From NCBI GenBank assembly GCA_963837955.1, contig CAWIPH010000002.1, positions 672,001-736,000 on the forward strand: 64,000 nucleotides of DNA, given 5' to 3'. Under the pieces are notes generated by a model, which worked only from the letters and a program-made list of their open reading frames with translations, ran no database searches and was not told the origin of the DNA. A program made the translations under genes and the position numbers. This document shows positions 1 to 10,223 of this stretch, in pieces; position 1 is the stretch's first letter, and each line of letters begins with the position of its first letter. Origin of the DNA: an uncultured Verrucomicrobiae bacterium. Its GTDB lineage: Bacteria; Verrucomicrobiota; Verrucomicrobiia; Chthoniobacterales; JAFAMB01.

Positions 1-195
1 TCCTTCGAAATCGATGAGACTGGAACCGTAAGGATTCTTAACGAAGCCATTCCACTCCGCCGATACAATGGGTGAGTGGTAGCGATATTTCCTGGCACCC
101 ACGATGCGGGGGTTCTCATTCAAGGCCAAGACCAGATCCGTTTTGCCAGTAAGGCGGGTGCCTTCGAGAATCAGTTTTGGACAAAGTTTTATCAT
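1..195 (-). CDS. N-terminal part of a P-loop (nucleotide-kinase-like) protein, running off the window edge; not in the ORF track
   Basis: Hand translation from ATG at 195: MIKLCPKLILEGTRLTGKTDLVLALNENPRIVGARKYRYHSPIVSAEWNGF...; Walker A GxxxxGKT (GTRLTGKT) follows a hydrophobic strand; frame open to base 1. Confidence 0.7.
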   Translation of the reverse strand, partial: MIKLCPKLILEGTRLTGKTDLVLALNENPRIVGARKYRYHSPIVSAEWNGFVKNPYGSSLIDFEG

Positions 196-229
196 TTGGT
201 TTCTCTTGTGCCTTTTAAAAAAACCAGTT

Positions 230-661
230 CTACCGATGTAGATCTTGTTTTCGCCGCCGTTCGTATTTTGGAACGCTTAATGATGGAAATGGGTGATTAT
301 CATAGTTCCCGCGCAGAACATCGGCGTCGAAGGTCATTTCGGCGCTTTCAGTATCCAGGGCAAAAAGGATGTCTTCAGTTCGGTGCTCCATCAGCTCCAC
401 GTCCTGCGAGTGCGCTTCGTATTCTTTAGTAAACTCAACTTGGAATTTGCCTCTCCAGACCTTCCCGGCCCGCTCTGCAATTTCTAACATCCAGAGATCT
501 GCAATACCACTTGAGTGAGTACCGTTGGCGGGCAGATCTGGTAACGGTTTCTGGCTCGCGTTCTCGATTATGGCGGCGGTGAGCCAATCCTCAAAGTCAG
601 TGTCTTCCAGGTGTTCCAAGACTTCAGGAATGATTATTGATCGCGGAAAAATTAAGAACAT
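230..661 (-). CDS. hypothetical acidic protein
   Basis: ORF 230..745; GGAGGAG SD precedes ATG at 661 (MFLIFPRS...); co-oriented with the P-loop gene; no family recognised. Confidence 0.5.
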   Translation of the reverse strand: MFLIFPRSIIIPEVLEHLEDTDFEDWLTAAIIENASQKPLPDLPANGTHSSGIADLWMLEIAERAGKVWRGKFQVEFTKEYEAHSQDVELMEHRTEDILFALDTESAEMTFDADVLRGNYDNHPFPSLSVPKYERRRKQDLHR

Positions 662-1142
662 TGCTCCTCCTTCGCAAAAGTTTTTGAACGTTAGATGATT
701 TACGGTCGGTCTAACCCGGGTTAGTAAATCTTTTGCATAACTCAATTAGCCAGGATTAGTTTCGCCGATCTTAGTGACATCCATTATCATTGCATGCGTT
801 GAATCGCTATGGATCAAAAGAGCGTTTCTTAACTGCTCGAACGAGGGAGTATGAAGACGATCAAACCAGCCGGGTTCGTTGCCCGTTTTTGGTCAGCCGG
901 AGAGATCGCTCCATTTGATTTGCTTGGTTAGTTGGTTAGTTTTGCGGTCCCTGGGGGTACTGGTTGTGGCTCCTGGGTTGCGCAAGAATTTGGCATTCGC
1001 AGGCCGAGCTATTAAGAGATGCATTCCAAGCAGGTGCGCCGCGGGGTTTCCGCCTTCGCCAGGGCTACGGCGCGACAAGTGGGCGGGGTTTCGCCCTACC
1101 GCTTTCCGAGCTTGATTCTTCCTCTTACCCTTCGAGCGGTGG

Positions 1143-1189
1143 AGCATTGTCCCTTTGGGTAGCAATAAAGGACTCCTTCTACCTATAGC
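1143..1189 (+). promoter_or_regulatory. putative shared upstream element, copy 1 (before the RND operon)
   Basis: 36/47 ungapped identity to 9403-9449; core CCTTYGGGTAGCAATAAA. Confidence 0.45.
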
Positions 1190-1289
1190 AGTCCAACGCG
1201 ACAAATACTAAGATCGTTGGCCAGCCGATTGATCTAACAAAATCGGTTTTCACTCGATTCCTTAGATTAGCTAGGAACAGAGAAAGAGG

Positions 1290-2507
1290 ATGAGCGCAGG
1301 TGACTTGAACATAAGTGAGATTCCGATACCAAGAGCTGCTTCGCCAAAAAACGCGAAGCGAAGAATAATCATTTTCTTTATCGCCGGAGCCATTGTCTGT
1401 ATGGCGATAGCCATATTTTCTCGTCAGGTCAAGCCCGCCGCGGCTCAAGCGCGTCAATCGCATTCGACATCGGCGGCAGAAATGACAGTCACTGTCGTTC
1501 ATCCGGAGAAGGTGCCCTCGACGGTCATCCTGCATTTGCCCGCGCAGCTGCAAGCCTACACCGACGCACCAATTTTCGCCCAGACGAGTGGCTACCTGAA
1601 AGCGTGGCACTTTGATATTGGGGCTAAGGTAAAGGCCAATGACATCCTGGCTGAGATTGACACACCAGAGGTTGATCAAGAGTTGGCCCAGGCCAAGGCC
1701 CAACTCCAGGTCGCCCAGTCAGCTCTCCAGCTGTCTCAAGTCACCTATCAACGTAACCAGGACCTTTTTAATCGGAGGGTTGTTGCTGCACAGGAACTTG
1801 ATACGGCGGCTGACACCTATTACGAAAACCAGGCAACGACAGCAGCAGACGAAGCTAATATTGACCGGCTCAATGCCTTGGAAGCGTTTAAGCTGGTGCG
1901 TGCGCCATTCGATGGCATCGTCACGGCCAGAGATATCGATATCGGGGCGTACGTTGCCGCGGGCTCGGGCACTCAGCTCTTTCGCGTAGCGCGGACTTCT
2001 CCATTGCGCATTTATGTTAACGTGCCTCAAGAGTCAGCGCAGCTAGTACAAATCGGCGTCGAGGGAGATCTCACTGTGCCTGAATTCCCTGGCCGAACAT
2101 TCCCGGCCCACGTCACTAACGCGGCCGGGGCAGTCGATCCAATCGCCCGTTCCTTGCAAACCGAGCTACAAATTCCGAACGAAACCGGTGAACTGCTTCC
2201 GGGCGCCTACGCTGACGTCAGCCTGAAACTCAACGGTGACAGAGGTTTGGTCACGATCCCGTCCAATGCGTGGCTTTTCCAAAGGGAAGGCGCGACCGTT
2301 GGGGTAGTTCACCCCGACGGGAAGGTAGAGATCCGGAAAATCACAATCCATCTTAATCTGGGTGATAAGCTAGAAATTTCCCAGGGGTTGTCTGATTTGG
2401 ACCAGGTGATAGTGAATCCCTCAGACGGGTTAGCCAATGGCATGACCGTCAGTGTGATCGGACCAAATCAGCCGCCAGATACGCCAAATTCCGTAACTAG
2501 GCGGTGA
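1290..2507 (+). CDS. RND efflux periplasmic adaptor (membrane fusion protein) 1
   Basis: N-terminal TM; IFAQTSGYLK..DIGAKVK..LAEIDTPEVDQ lipoyl motif, coiled coil, VRAPFDGIVTARDIDIG. Confidence 0.95.
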   Translation: MSAGDLNISEIPIPRAASPKNAKRRIIIFFIAGAIVCMAIAIFSRQVKPAAAQARQSHSTSAAEMTVTVVHPEKVPSTVILHLPAQLQAYTDAPIFAQTSGYLKAWHFDIGAKVKANDILAEIDTPEVDQELAQAKAQLQVAQSALQLSQVTYQRNQDLFNRRVVAAQELDTAADTYYENQATTAADEANIDRLNALEAFKLVRAPFDGIVTARDIDIGAYVAAGSGTQLFRVARTSPLRIYVNVPQESAQLVQIGVEGDLTVPEFPGRTFPAHVTNAAGAVDPIARSLQTELQIPNETGELLPGAYADVSLKLNGDRGLVTIPSNAWLFQREGATVGVVHPDGKVEIRKITIHLNLGDKLEISQGLSDLDQVIVNPSDGLANGMTVSVIGPNQPPDTPNSVTRR

Positions 2508-2534
2508 ATCGCTAAAAAGTGGAGATTAACTTAG

Positions 2535-3743
2535 ATGACGGAATCGGTAAATCAGAACGCTTCGAAAACAACCGAAGTTTCTTCTGGCCCTTCGCTCAAG
2601 CCTAAACCAAAGAACCGGCGAAAACTCCGGTTCTTCTTTTTCGCCGCAGGAGCGCTATTTATCGGCGTCGCTGCGGCCGGCGTTTATACGCGCAACACAT
2701 GGACAGCGCAGCTTCAGCACCACACGAACCAAGCTGCCCAGATGGTCGTGCAGGTCACCCATCCAGAAATGGCCGTCGGGATGATACACCTTCAGCTACC
2801 CGGCCAGGCGATGCCTTATACCGACGCGCCGATCTTTGCTCAGACCAGCGGCTACCTGAAGAAGTGGTATTTTGACATTGGCGCTAAGGTCAAGGCCGGT
2901 GCGGTTTTGGCCGAGATCGATACGCCCGAGGTGGATCAACAACTGGCGCAAGCCCAAGCTCAGCTCAAAGTAGCACAGGCCGCTCGCAATCTAGCAGAAG
3001 TAACCTACACGCGAGACCAAACTCTCTTTAAAACCAACGTTATTGCTGCACAGGACTTCGATATCGCGGCCGACAACTATGCGGGAAGTCAGTCCACGGT
3101 AATTGTCGATCAAGCCATCGTTAACCGTTTGGAAGCTTTGGAAGCATTTAAAATCGTTCGGGCTCCATTCGACGGCATTGTAACGGCGCGGAATACCGAT
3201 ATTGGAGCATTCGTGCCGTTGGGCTCAGGAACTCAACTTTTCCGGATGGCCGAAAGTTCAACTCTGCGGGTTTACGTTGTCGTACCACAGGCCTTCTCAT
3301 CGTTTGTGAAAGTCGGCGGCCAAGCAGAGCTTGCGGTCAACGAGTACCCAGGGCGAACGTTTCCGGGGCACGTAGTGGGCACGGCCGGGGCCATCAACTC
3401 GACCACCAAAAGACTCTTGACGGAATTGGACGTCCCTAATCCAACGGGGGAGCTTCTTCCGGGCTCATATGCTCAAGTGAGTTTGCAGCTCCAAACCGAC
3501 AACGGCGGCGTTATGATCCCGCCGCGAACGTTGCTCTTCCAATCCGGAGAGCCCGCGGTCGGCGTGGTTCATCCGGATGGTAAAGTCGAAATTCGGAAAG
3601 TTAGTATCAATCGAGATCTAGGAAACAGGCTGGAGATTTCCAAAGGCTTATCACCATCGGACCAGATCATCGTTAATCCTTCGTCTGGTCTGGTAACCGG
3701 GACGGTTGTCACGATAGTTAACCCCGAGTCAGAATCGATGTAG
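2535..3743 (+). CDS. RND efflux periplasmic adaptor (membrane fusion protein) 2, paralog of the preceding gene
   Basis: Same MFP motifs (YTDAPIFAQTSGYLK, RAPFDGIVTARN, GVVHPDGKVEIRK). Confidence 0.95.
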   Translation: MTESVNQNASKTTEVSSGPSLKPKPKNRRKLRFFFFAAGALFIGVAAAGVYTRNTWTAQLQHHTNQAAQMVVQVTHPEMAVGMIHLQLPGQAMPYTDAPIFAQTSGYLKKWYFDIGAKVKAGAVLAEIDTPEVDQQLAQAQAQLKVAQAARNLAEVTYTRDQTLFKTNVIAAQDFDIAADNYAGSQSTVIVDQAIVNRLEALEAFKIVRAPFDGIVTARNTDIGAFVPLGSGTQLFRMAESSTLRVYVVVPQAFSSFVKVGGQAELAVNEYPGRTFPGHVVGTAGAINSTTKRLLTELDVPNPTGELLPGSYAQVSLQLQTDNGGVMIPPRTLLFQSGEPAVGVVHPDGKVEIRKVSINRDLGNRLEISKGLSPSDQIIVNPSSGLVTGTVVTIVNPESESM

Positions 3744-3834
3744 CAAGCACTGATTCCAACACCTCATGATCACGTTATTTTCGAGGGGAAGCTGCGGTGC
3801 GCGGCCAGCCCAAGTTTAAAGGAGCAACAATCGC

Positions 3835-6800
3835 ATGTGGATCGTAAACCTGGCACTAAGACGTCCTTACACTTTCATTGTTCTGGCAATTTTTATTTTG
3901 ATTGCCGGTGTTCTTTCCGTCTTGAGCACTCCGAAGGACATTTTCCCATCAATCAATATCCCGGTTATTTCGGTAATCTGGACCTTTACCGGTATGGCGC
4001 CCGAAGAGATCGAGCAGCATATCACGTCGCCTTACGAACGCGTTCTTACGACCACCGTCGACAACATTGAACATATCGAGTCGCAATCGTTGAACGGTAT
4101 CGCGGTGGTCAAAATCTTCCTTCAACCAAACGCCAGCGTACCGGCCGGAATAGCACAGGTGACCTCAGTTTCTCAGGCTGTTCTCAAACAGCTTCCGAAT
4201 GGCATTACCCCGCCGCTGGTGCTTAGCTACAGCGCCACGAACGTGCCAGTGATCAACGTCGGACTGAGCAGCAAGACTTTATCCGAGCAACAGCTCAACG
4301 ACTACGGACTGAACTTTGTTCGAACCCAGCTCATCACGGTTCCCGGTGCAGCCGTTCCTTACCCATACGGAGGAAAGCAAAGGTACGTGGAAGTGGACCT
4401 CAACTATAAGGCTTTACAAGGCTACGGCCTGACGCCTTCCGACGTCGTAAACACGATCAATGCGCAGAACCTTGTCTTGCCTTCCGGCACTCAGAAAATC
4501 GGTCGCTTCGAATACCAAATCGGAGTAAACGCGAGCCCACCCACATTTGAGCAGTTAAACGCTATTCCCATTAAATCTCTTTCGAATGGCACCACCATTT
4601 ACATGCGAGATGTGGCGCGGATCCTCAACGGGAACATTCCGCAAACCAACATCGTCCGTTTCAACGGAACGCGATCCACCATGTTGGTGGTGCAAAAAAC
4701 CGGTAGCGCGTCGACCTTGGATATTGTGCAGGGAATTAAAGATAAAATCCCGCAACTAAAACAGACGTTACCGCCCGCGCTGGATATTTCAATGCTGTCG
4801 GATCAATCGATTTTTGTTACCGGCGCGATTGAAGGTGTGGTGCGAGAAACCGTGATCGCGGCGTGTCTCACCGCAATCATGATTCTCCTTTTTTTGGGTG
4901 ATTGGAAAAGCACTCTCATCATTGCCATCTCGATACCTCTGGCAATTCTCTCTTCGATTGCGGTTTTGAGTGCGCTCGGCCAGACGCTTAACATCATGAC
5001 CCTGGGCGGGCTCGCCTTAGCGGTTGGGATCCTGGTCGATGACGCGACGGTCACGATCGAAAACATCGACCGGCATCTAGCAGAAGGTAAACCGACGTTG
5101 GATGCAATTCGGGACGGGGCCGCTCAGATTGCCGTCCCAGCATTGGTCTCGACGATGTGCATCTGTATCGTTTTCATTCCAATTTTTTTCCTCTCGGGAG
5201 TCGCCAAATACCTGTTCTCGCCGCTGGCTGAAGCAGTGATTTTTGCGATGATCGCTTCTTACATCCTGTCGCGAACTCTCGTTCCGACCCTGGCCATGTA
5301 TTGGATCAGCAAGCACGGTGGAGAATCACACCAAGCCAAAGGGAGGAGGACGTTTGCGCTCTTTACCTGGTTCTCCCGTTTTCACCGATGGTTCAATAAT
5401 CGATTCGAAAAATTCAGAGAAGGCTATCGCGACCTGCTGAGTTTTGGACTCCGAAACGCCGGGAAGCTCATTACCGTGGTACTCGGCTTTACTGTGGTCT
5501 CCATGGGTTTGTTTCCATTTCTCGGACAAAATTTCTTTCCCGCGGTGGATTCCGGACAATTCGATATGCACGTCCGGGTAAAGTCCGGCACCCGGATCGA
5601 AGAAACCTCGCGCTCGATCGATCAAATCGAACAGATGATCCGTCAGGTTATCCCAGCCAACCAGTTACACGGCATTGTCGATAATCTGGGAATTCCCTAC
5701 AGCGGCATTAATATCTCCTACAACACCACCGGAACGATGAGTCCGGCCGACGGCGACATTCTGGTTTCGCTTAACGAAAACCACGATCCAACGGATAAAT
5801 TCGTCCAGGTAATCCGAAGTCGCATGCACCATGATTTTCCCGACGTCGGTGTCTGGTTCCCACCGGCCGATATCGTTGCGCAAGTTCTTAACTTCGGGTT
5901 GTCGGCGCCGATCGACGTTCAAATTACCGGCGTGGACACAGCAGCTAACTTCGCGTTTGCTAGTAAGCTCATGGATCAGATTCGCCACATTCCAGGTGCG
6001 GTGGATTTCCGGATCCAGGAACCGAATGATGCGCCTCAGCTGAACGTCACGATCGATCGCACTATGTCATCGGTCCTTGGCGTTACCGCGCAAGCGGTGT
6101 CAAGCAGCGTCCTGGGTGCCCTGGCCGGATCGAACCAGACTTCGCCAAATTTTTGGGTCGACCCGTCCAATCGTGTCAGCTATCAAGTCAACGCCCAAGT
6201 ACCGCAGTATGAAATGGATACGTTAGATTCTTTACGGAACCTACCAATCCTGGGCGGCAGCAACACTGGACAAGCCCAAATTCTCGCGAACGCCGCTACG
6301 ATTTCACGCGGCACGACATCTCCCGTCGTTGACCACTACAACCTCAGGCCGGTAATCAATATCTATGGAAACGTCGATGGCAAAGACTTGGGATACGTTG
6401 CTGATCACATACAGAAGTTAGTAGACGCATCTAAAAAGAATCTTCCCAGAGGCAGCTTCATCGATGTCCGACGGCAGGTCAGCACCATGCACGACTCTTT
6501 TATGGGGTTGTACCTCGGATTGGCATTCTCGATGGTGCTGGTCTACCTGTTGATGGTGGTGAATTTCCAATCCTGGACGGAGCCATTCATCATCGTCACC
6601 GCTCTCCCCTGCGCGCTTGCTGGGATTGTCTGGATACTCTTCGTTACCGGCACCACCTTGAGTGTGCCAGCCCTGATGGGTGCAATCATGTGTATGGGCG
6701 TAGCTACAGCAAATAGTGTCTTGGTGGTTACTTTCGCCAATGAGCTGTTCGCCCAATCCAAGGACTCGTATCGCGCGGCGCTCGAGGCTGGTTATGCCCG

Positions 6801-7056
6801 ACTTCGACCGGTCCTCATGACAGCGATGGCGATGATCATTGGAATGGTTCCGATGGCATTAGGTCTCGGAGAAGGAGGCGAGCAAAACGCTCCGCTGGGC
6901 CGGGCGGTCATTGGAGGCCTGATCTTCGCTACGGTGGCTACACTGTTCTTTGTTCCAACTGTTTTCATGATCGTCAGAAGAGGGAGACATTCTCAAACGA
7001 ATGAATCTTTCCCACAGCCGGCTTTTGGGCCCGAAGCAGAGAGTCAACCGAGCTAG
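3835..7056 (+). CDS. RND efflux permease (AcrB/AcrD/AcrF family)
   Basis: 1073 aa; ALRRPYTF start, GILVDDATV, RLRPVLMTA, LGRAVIGG motifs; SD AAAGGAG. Confidence 0.97.
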   Translation: MWIVNLALRRPYTFIVLAIFILIAGVLSVLSTPKDIFPSINIPVISVIWTFTGMAPEEIEQHITSPYERVLTTTVDNIEHIESQSLNGIAVVKIFLQPNASVPAGIAQVTSVSQAVLKQLPNGITPPLVLSYSATNVPVINVGLSSKTLSEQQLNDYGLNFVRTQLITVPGAAVPYPYGGKQRYVEVDLNYKALQGYGLTPSDVVNTINAQNLVLPSGTQKIGRFEYQIGVNASPPTFEQLNAIPIKSLSNGTTIYMRDVARILNGNIPQTNIVRFNGTRSTMLVVQKTGSASTLDIVQGIKDKIPQLKQTLPPALDISMLSDQSIFVTGAIEGVVRETVIAACLTAIMILLFLGDWKSTLIIAISIPLAILSSIAVLSALGQTLNIMTLGGLALAVGILVDDATVTIENIDRHLAEGKPTLDAIRDGAAQIAVPALVSTMCICIVFIPIFFLSGVAKYLFSPLAEAVIFAMIASYILSRTLVPTLAMYWISKHGGESHQAKGRRTFALFTWFSRFHRWFNNRFEKFREGYRDLLSFGLRNAGKLITVVLGFTVVSMGLFPFLGQNFFPAVDSGQFDMHVRVKSGTRIEETSRSIDQIEQMIRQVIPANQLHGIVDNLGIPYSGINISYNTTGTMSPADGDILVSLNENHDPTDKFVQVIRSRMHHDFPDVGVWFPPADIVAQVLNFGLSAPIDVQITGVDTAANFAFASKLMDQIRHIPGAVDFRIQEPNDAPQLNVTIDRTMSSVLGVTAQAVSSSVLGALAGSNQTSPNFWVDPSNRVSYQVNAQVPQYEMDTLDSLRNLPILGGSNTGQAQILANAATISRGTTSPVVDHYNLRPVINIYGNVDGKDLGYVADHIQKLVDASKKNLPRGSFIDVRRQVSTMHDSFMGLYLGLAFSMVLVYLLMVVNFQSWTEPFIIVTALPCALAGIVWILFVTGTTLSVPALMGAIMCMGVATANSVLVVTFANELFAQSKDSYRAALEAGYARLRPVLMTAMAMIIGMVPMALGLGEGGEQNAPLGRAVIGGLIFATVATLFFVPTVFMIVRRGRHSQTNESFPQPAFGPEAESQPS

Positions 7057-7211
7057 GATCGTTAGTCGTACTGTTCTCGGCCAGCCCGAAAGAGTGACTT
7101 CGATCTACTCCAAAGAGCAGTTCTTAACATTGTTTCAGGGAGGCTAAAGTGTGCAAGGATAGCGCGAGGAACTCCCCGAGTTACTTACGCATCAGGCACA
7201 GGAGGTACATA

Positions 7212-7610
7212 GTGAGTTGTCCGGAGTTACTTAATCGGTTACATGATTTTTGGAGAGACTTTAAAACGCTAAACAGGTGGAACTTTCCCGAATTACCCCC
7301 GCCCTATCTCCAGAAATGGTTACATCTCGATCTGGGTCGGGTTGATTCTGCTGAGTTCGTGCGCGCCACATGGATGTGGAGCCGAAAGCCCAGATCGCCT
7401 TTCGGAGAGGGTATGTCTCGCTACCTGCTCCTGGTTTTCGTTGGATTGCTGCTTCTTTTCGTACCCCATTTCGGCATCCCCCTCGCTGCCACTTGGTGTT
7501 TTGCAATGTTTGTCGCGATTGCTAACGATACGGTTCGAGTCGCGCGATGGAGACGTGAATATGAATCAAGCGTGGCTCGGATCATTCGAAGCAGCAAACA
7601 GGCAAAGTAA
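7212..7610 (+). CDS. hypothetical membrane protein
   Basis: AGGAGG SD before GTG at 7212 within ORF 7149..7610; two hydrophobic segments near the C-terminus. Confidence 0.55.
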   Translation: MSCPELLNRLHDFWRDFKTLNRWNFPELPPPYLQKWLHLDLGRVDSAEFVRATWMWSRKPRSPFGEGMSRYLLLVFVGLLLLFVPHFGIPLAATWCFAMFVAIANDTVRVARWRREYESSVARIIRSSKQAK

Positions 7611-7788
7611 TCATTTCACCAATGCCTCGAACCGGAAGAGCCAGTATTGAGTACAAGCCTGATTATAGCCCGATTCCAGAACGCCAAAGCGCAGCGAAGG
7701 CGGCAGATCCGCCGAAGGCAGGATCCCGGGGGGCCTGGAGTAAATGGCTTTGCAACTTTCAACTAGAGGATAATAAGAAAACAAAACA

Positions 7789-8793
7789 ATGAAATATCGG
7801 ACATTAGGAAAATCGGGAATTGAGGCTTCGGTTGTAGGGTTTGGGGCCTGGGCCATTGGAGGATGGATGTGGGGTGGCACCAAGAAGAACAATCCGGAGG
7901 GTGCAATTCGAGCGGCGATTGATCACGGAATCAACCTGATTGATACCGCTCCCATGTACGGTTACGGCAAGTCAGAAGAGCTTGTCGGCGAGGCGTTGAA
8001 AGGCTTACGCGATAAGGTCGTGCTCGCAACGAAGTGCGGCATGGTCTGGTACAAAAAAGAAGGCGATAAATTCTTCGACGCCAGCGATACCGGTGAGGCG
8101 GAAGGTGAGGACGATAAGAAGTATGAAGTTTACATCAATCTTCGGCCGGCAATGATCCGGTACGAGATCGAAGAGAGTCTTCGCCGGCTCAAGACTGATC
8201 GGATCGATCTTTACCAAACCCATTGGCAAGACTCGACCACCAAGACCGAAGATGTGATGGCGGAGTTAATGAAACTGAAACAAGAGGGCAAAATTCGAGC
8301 GATCGGTTGTTCAAACGCCACGATCGACCAGATGAAACGTTACCAAGCCGTTGGGCAGCTTGACGTCGACCAAGAGCAATACTCAATGCTTCAACGTCAA
8401 CACGAAGCGGACAATCTTCCGTTCTGCCGTGAAAACAATATCGCTTTTCTTGCCTACTCGCCTATGGCTCTCGGCATTCTCAGCGGCAAGATCGGCCCCT
8501 ATCACGAGTTCGGTTCAGGGGATGTCCGACGGGACAACCCTTGGTATCAGAAAGAAAACCGGCCTAAGGTGGATGCACTTCTGGATGTCGTTAGCTCGGT
8601 TGCCAAAGACAAAGGAGTCACCATCGCTCAAACCGTCATTGCTTGGACTCTGGAACAGCCCGGCTGCTCACATGCGTTAGTCGGCGCTCGCAATCCCGAC
8701 CAGGCTATCGCGAACGCGAAAGCTGGCGAGGTTGAATTGACTGCCGAAGAGATTCGGACCATTCGAAAGGCGGTCGACGGGACCAAATTGTAA
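7789..8793 (+). CDS. aldo/keto reductase
   Basis: GFGAWAIGG, IDTAPMYG, LATKCG, SLRRLKTDRIDLYQTHW, AYSPMALGIL motifs. Confidence 0.95.
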   Translation: MKYRTLGKSGIEASVVGFGAWAIGGWMWGGTKKNNPEGAIRAAIDHGINLIDTAPMYGYGKSEELVGEALKGLRDKVVLATKCGMVWYKKEGDKFFDASDTGEAEGEDDKKYEVYINLRPAMIRYEIEESLRRLKTDRIDLYQTHWQDSTTKTEDVMAELMKLKQEGKIRAIGCSNATIDQMKRYQAVGQLDVDQEQYSMLQRQHEADNLPFCRENNIAFLAYSPMALGILSGKIGPYHEFGSGDVRRDNPWYQKENRPKVDALLDVVSSVAKDKGVTIAQTVIAWTLEQPGCSHALVGARNPDQAIANAKAGEVELTAEEIRTIRKAVDGTKL

Positions 8794-8878
8794 ATCATTC
8801 AAGTCTCCGACGGCCGTTGCGCATTCCTGCGTGGCGGCCGGCTGCGGAGCCGTGAACAGGATGGAGTATTGAAGTGTC

Positions 8879-8902
8879 GGCGCTCCCGCAGGGAGCGCCT
8901 TT
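8879..8902 (+). terminator. hairpin between convergent genes, probable terminator
   Basis: GGCGCTCCC-GCA-GGGAGCGCC followed by TTT. Confidence 0.5.
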
Positions 8903-8914
8903 CCTTCTTGAACC

Positions 8915-9196
8915 CTAAGACTCACTTCCACCCCGAGGCAACGGGGGGGCAGCTTTCAGCTCATCCGGACGTTGGAAAAAGAGAGCCACACCGATCACAG
9001 CTAGTAAAAAGGACACGACACACACTGCCAGCCAGAAATATCGCCAGGCAAAAGACAACGGCAGCATTGTCGTAAACTCGGCCGCTACAAATGCCGCCAG
9101 ACCCATTGCAGTAGTGAAGCCCAACTTGCCTAAGCCGTAGCTATCTTCCGCTTTCAAGTTCCGTCCCGAATTGGCCATTTTATGCTCTTTCATCAC
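8915..9196 (-). CDS. small hypothetical membrane protein (2 TM)
   Basis: GGAGGG SD upstream; two hydrophobic helices. Confidence 0.5.
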   Translation of the reverse strand: MMKEHKMANSGRNLKAEDSYGLGKLGFTTAMGLAAFVAAEFTTMLPLSFAWRYFWLAVCVVSFLLAVIGVALFFQRPDELKAAPPLPRGGSES

Positions 9197-9402
9197 TCAT
9201 TCCCTCCAAGGAGACATTACTATCGGATCGTTATACGCTCTATGGTTCGAAAGAGCTGTTCTGGATAACTCGTTCGAGTTATCGTGCGGCAAAGAGGAAG
9301 AACGGAGTGATAGATCCGAGGGCGGCGACTAGCTCGCCGCTGCCCATATTCCGTTACGTCCTACGCAGTGATGGGTAGACGACCCCTTCTTTGGGTAATG
9401 AC

Positions 9403-9449
9403 AGCATGACTCCTTCGGGTAGCAATAAAACACTCATTCTGCTAATAGC
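9403..9449 (+). promoter_or_regulatory. putative shared upstream element, copy 2
   Basis: 36/47 identity to 1143-1189. Confidence 0.45.
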
Positions 9450-9687
9450 GATCGATGGCTCCCGAATGTTAGGCTGGTGGTGTTGGTTACTGGCTGGGTG
9501 GAGGAGTCGCGGCAACGGGACTGCTGTGCGCCATTCGCCACCGAGTCACACATTGTGGGGGGGACGCCGGGTCGAAGGACTCAGGTAAATGACATTGGCG
9601 ACATGGAAGAGTAGTTGATTAGGGACATGGAATATTAGTCAGAATCAGACCTATCCTTCGGCCCCGCACCCTTAACCAAATGAAGAC

Positions 9688-10221
9688 TTGGTGATTCTTG
9701 TTTCGGGAGAGCACGTGATAGCAGACCCAATTGCATCTACCGGTCTTTCGCGAAGAAGCGGAACCAAACCCAGAACCTTGCGCGGTCCGTTCCATATTCA
9801 GTGTAACGGGCACGGTGATCCAAAGTACTTGAATCAACTAGTCGATGAAGTTCTAACGTGGCCTTACATCGAGGCTACTTCCTCCGTTGGGAATCGTCGG
9901 AGGGCAATCTCCATCCGATTAAAGGAGATAGCCACCGCAGGGGATCCTTCAGCATTTCTCACCGGCAGAGAGTTTGCTCGTGTGCTGTTGGAAACGCCGA
10001 CAATCTATTTGGCTTTGCCTTTCGAAGCCGCTCATTGGGCAGCGTTCTACGGCTGGGCCGAGCCCCACTATCTTCGGTCTACCGGTTTGATGCCGGTTAG
10101 CGCATTTGTGGTGTATGCGCCAAGGGATCAAGAAGACCTCGAAGTTTGCTTTTCTCTGTTTGCTGAGTCGTATCGTTTTGCTTGCAAGCTTGCTTATCCC
10201 ACATCGCTTCGACCGGCATAG
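9688..10221 (+). CDS. luciferase-like domain protein (DUF5519/'luciferase family' type)
   Basis: GREFAR..IYLALP..GWAEPH..G..P..VYAPRD.EDLEV pattern typical of this family; start uncertain. Confidence 0.65.
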   Translation: MVILVSGEHVIADPIASTGLSRRSGTKPRTLRGPFHIQCNGHGDPKYLNQLVDEVLTWPYIEATSSVGNRRRAISIRLKEIATAGDPSAFLTGREFARVLLETPTIYLALPFEAAHWAAFYGWAEPHYLRSTGLMPVSAFVVYAPRDQEDLEVCFSLFAESYRFACKLAYPTSLRPA

Positions 10222-10223
10222 GA

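Noticed and set aside
76..429. 117-aa + strand ORF
   Set aside because: Antisense to the P-loop gene (1-195) and the 230-661 gene; no recognisable motifs
851..1115. Possible frameshifted small membrane gene: SD plus ATG at 851 gives a 26-aa peptide, and a hydrophobic stretch continues in another frame
   Set aside because: No recognisable homology; the 3' part includes a REP-like hairpin (CCGCCTTCGCCAGGGCTACGGCG), so a pseudogene call cannot be supported
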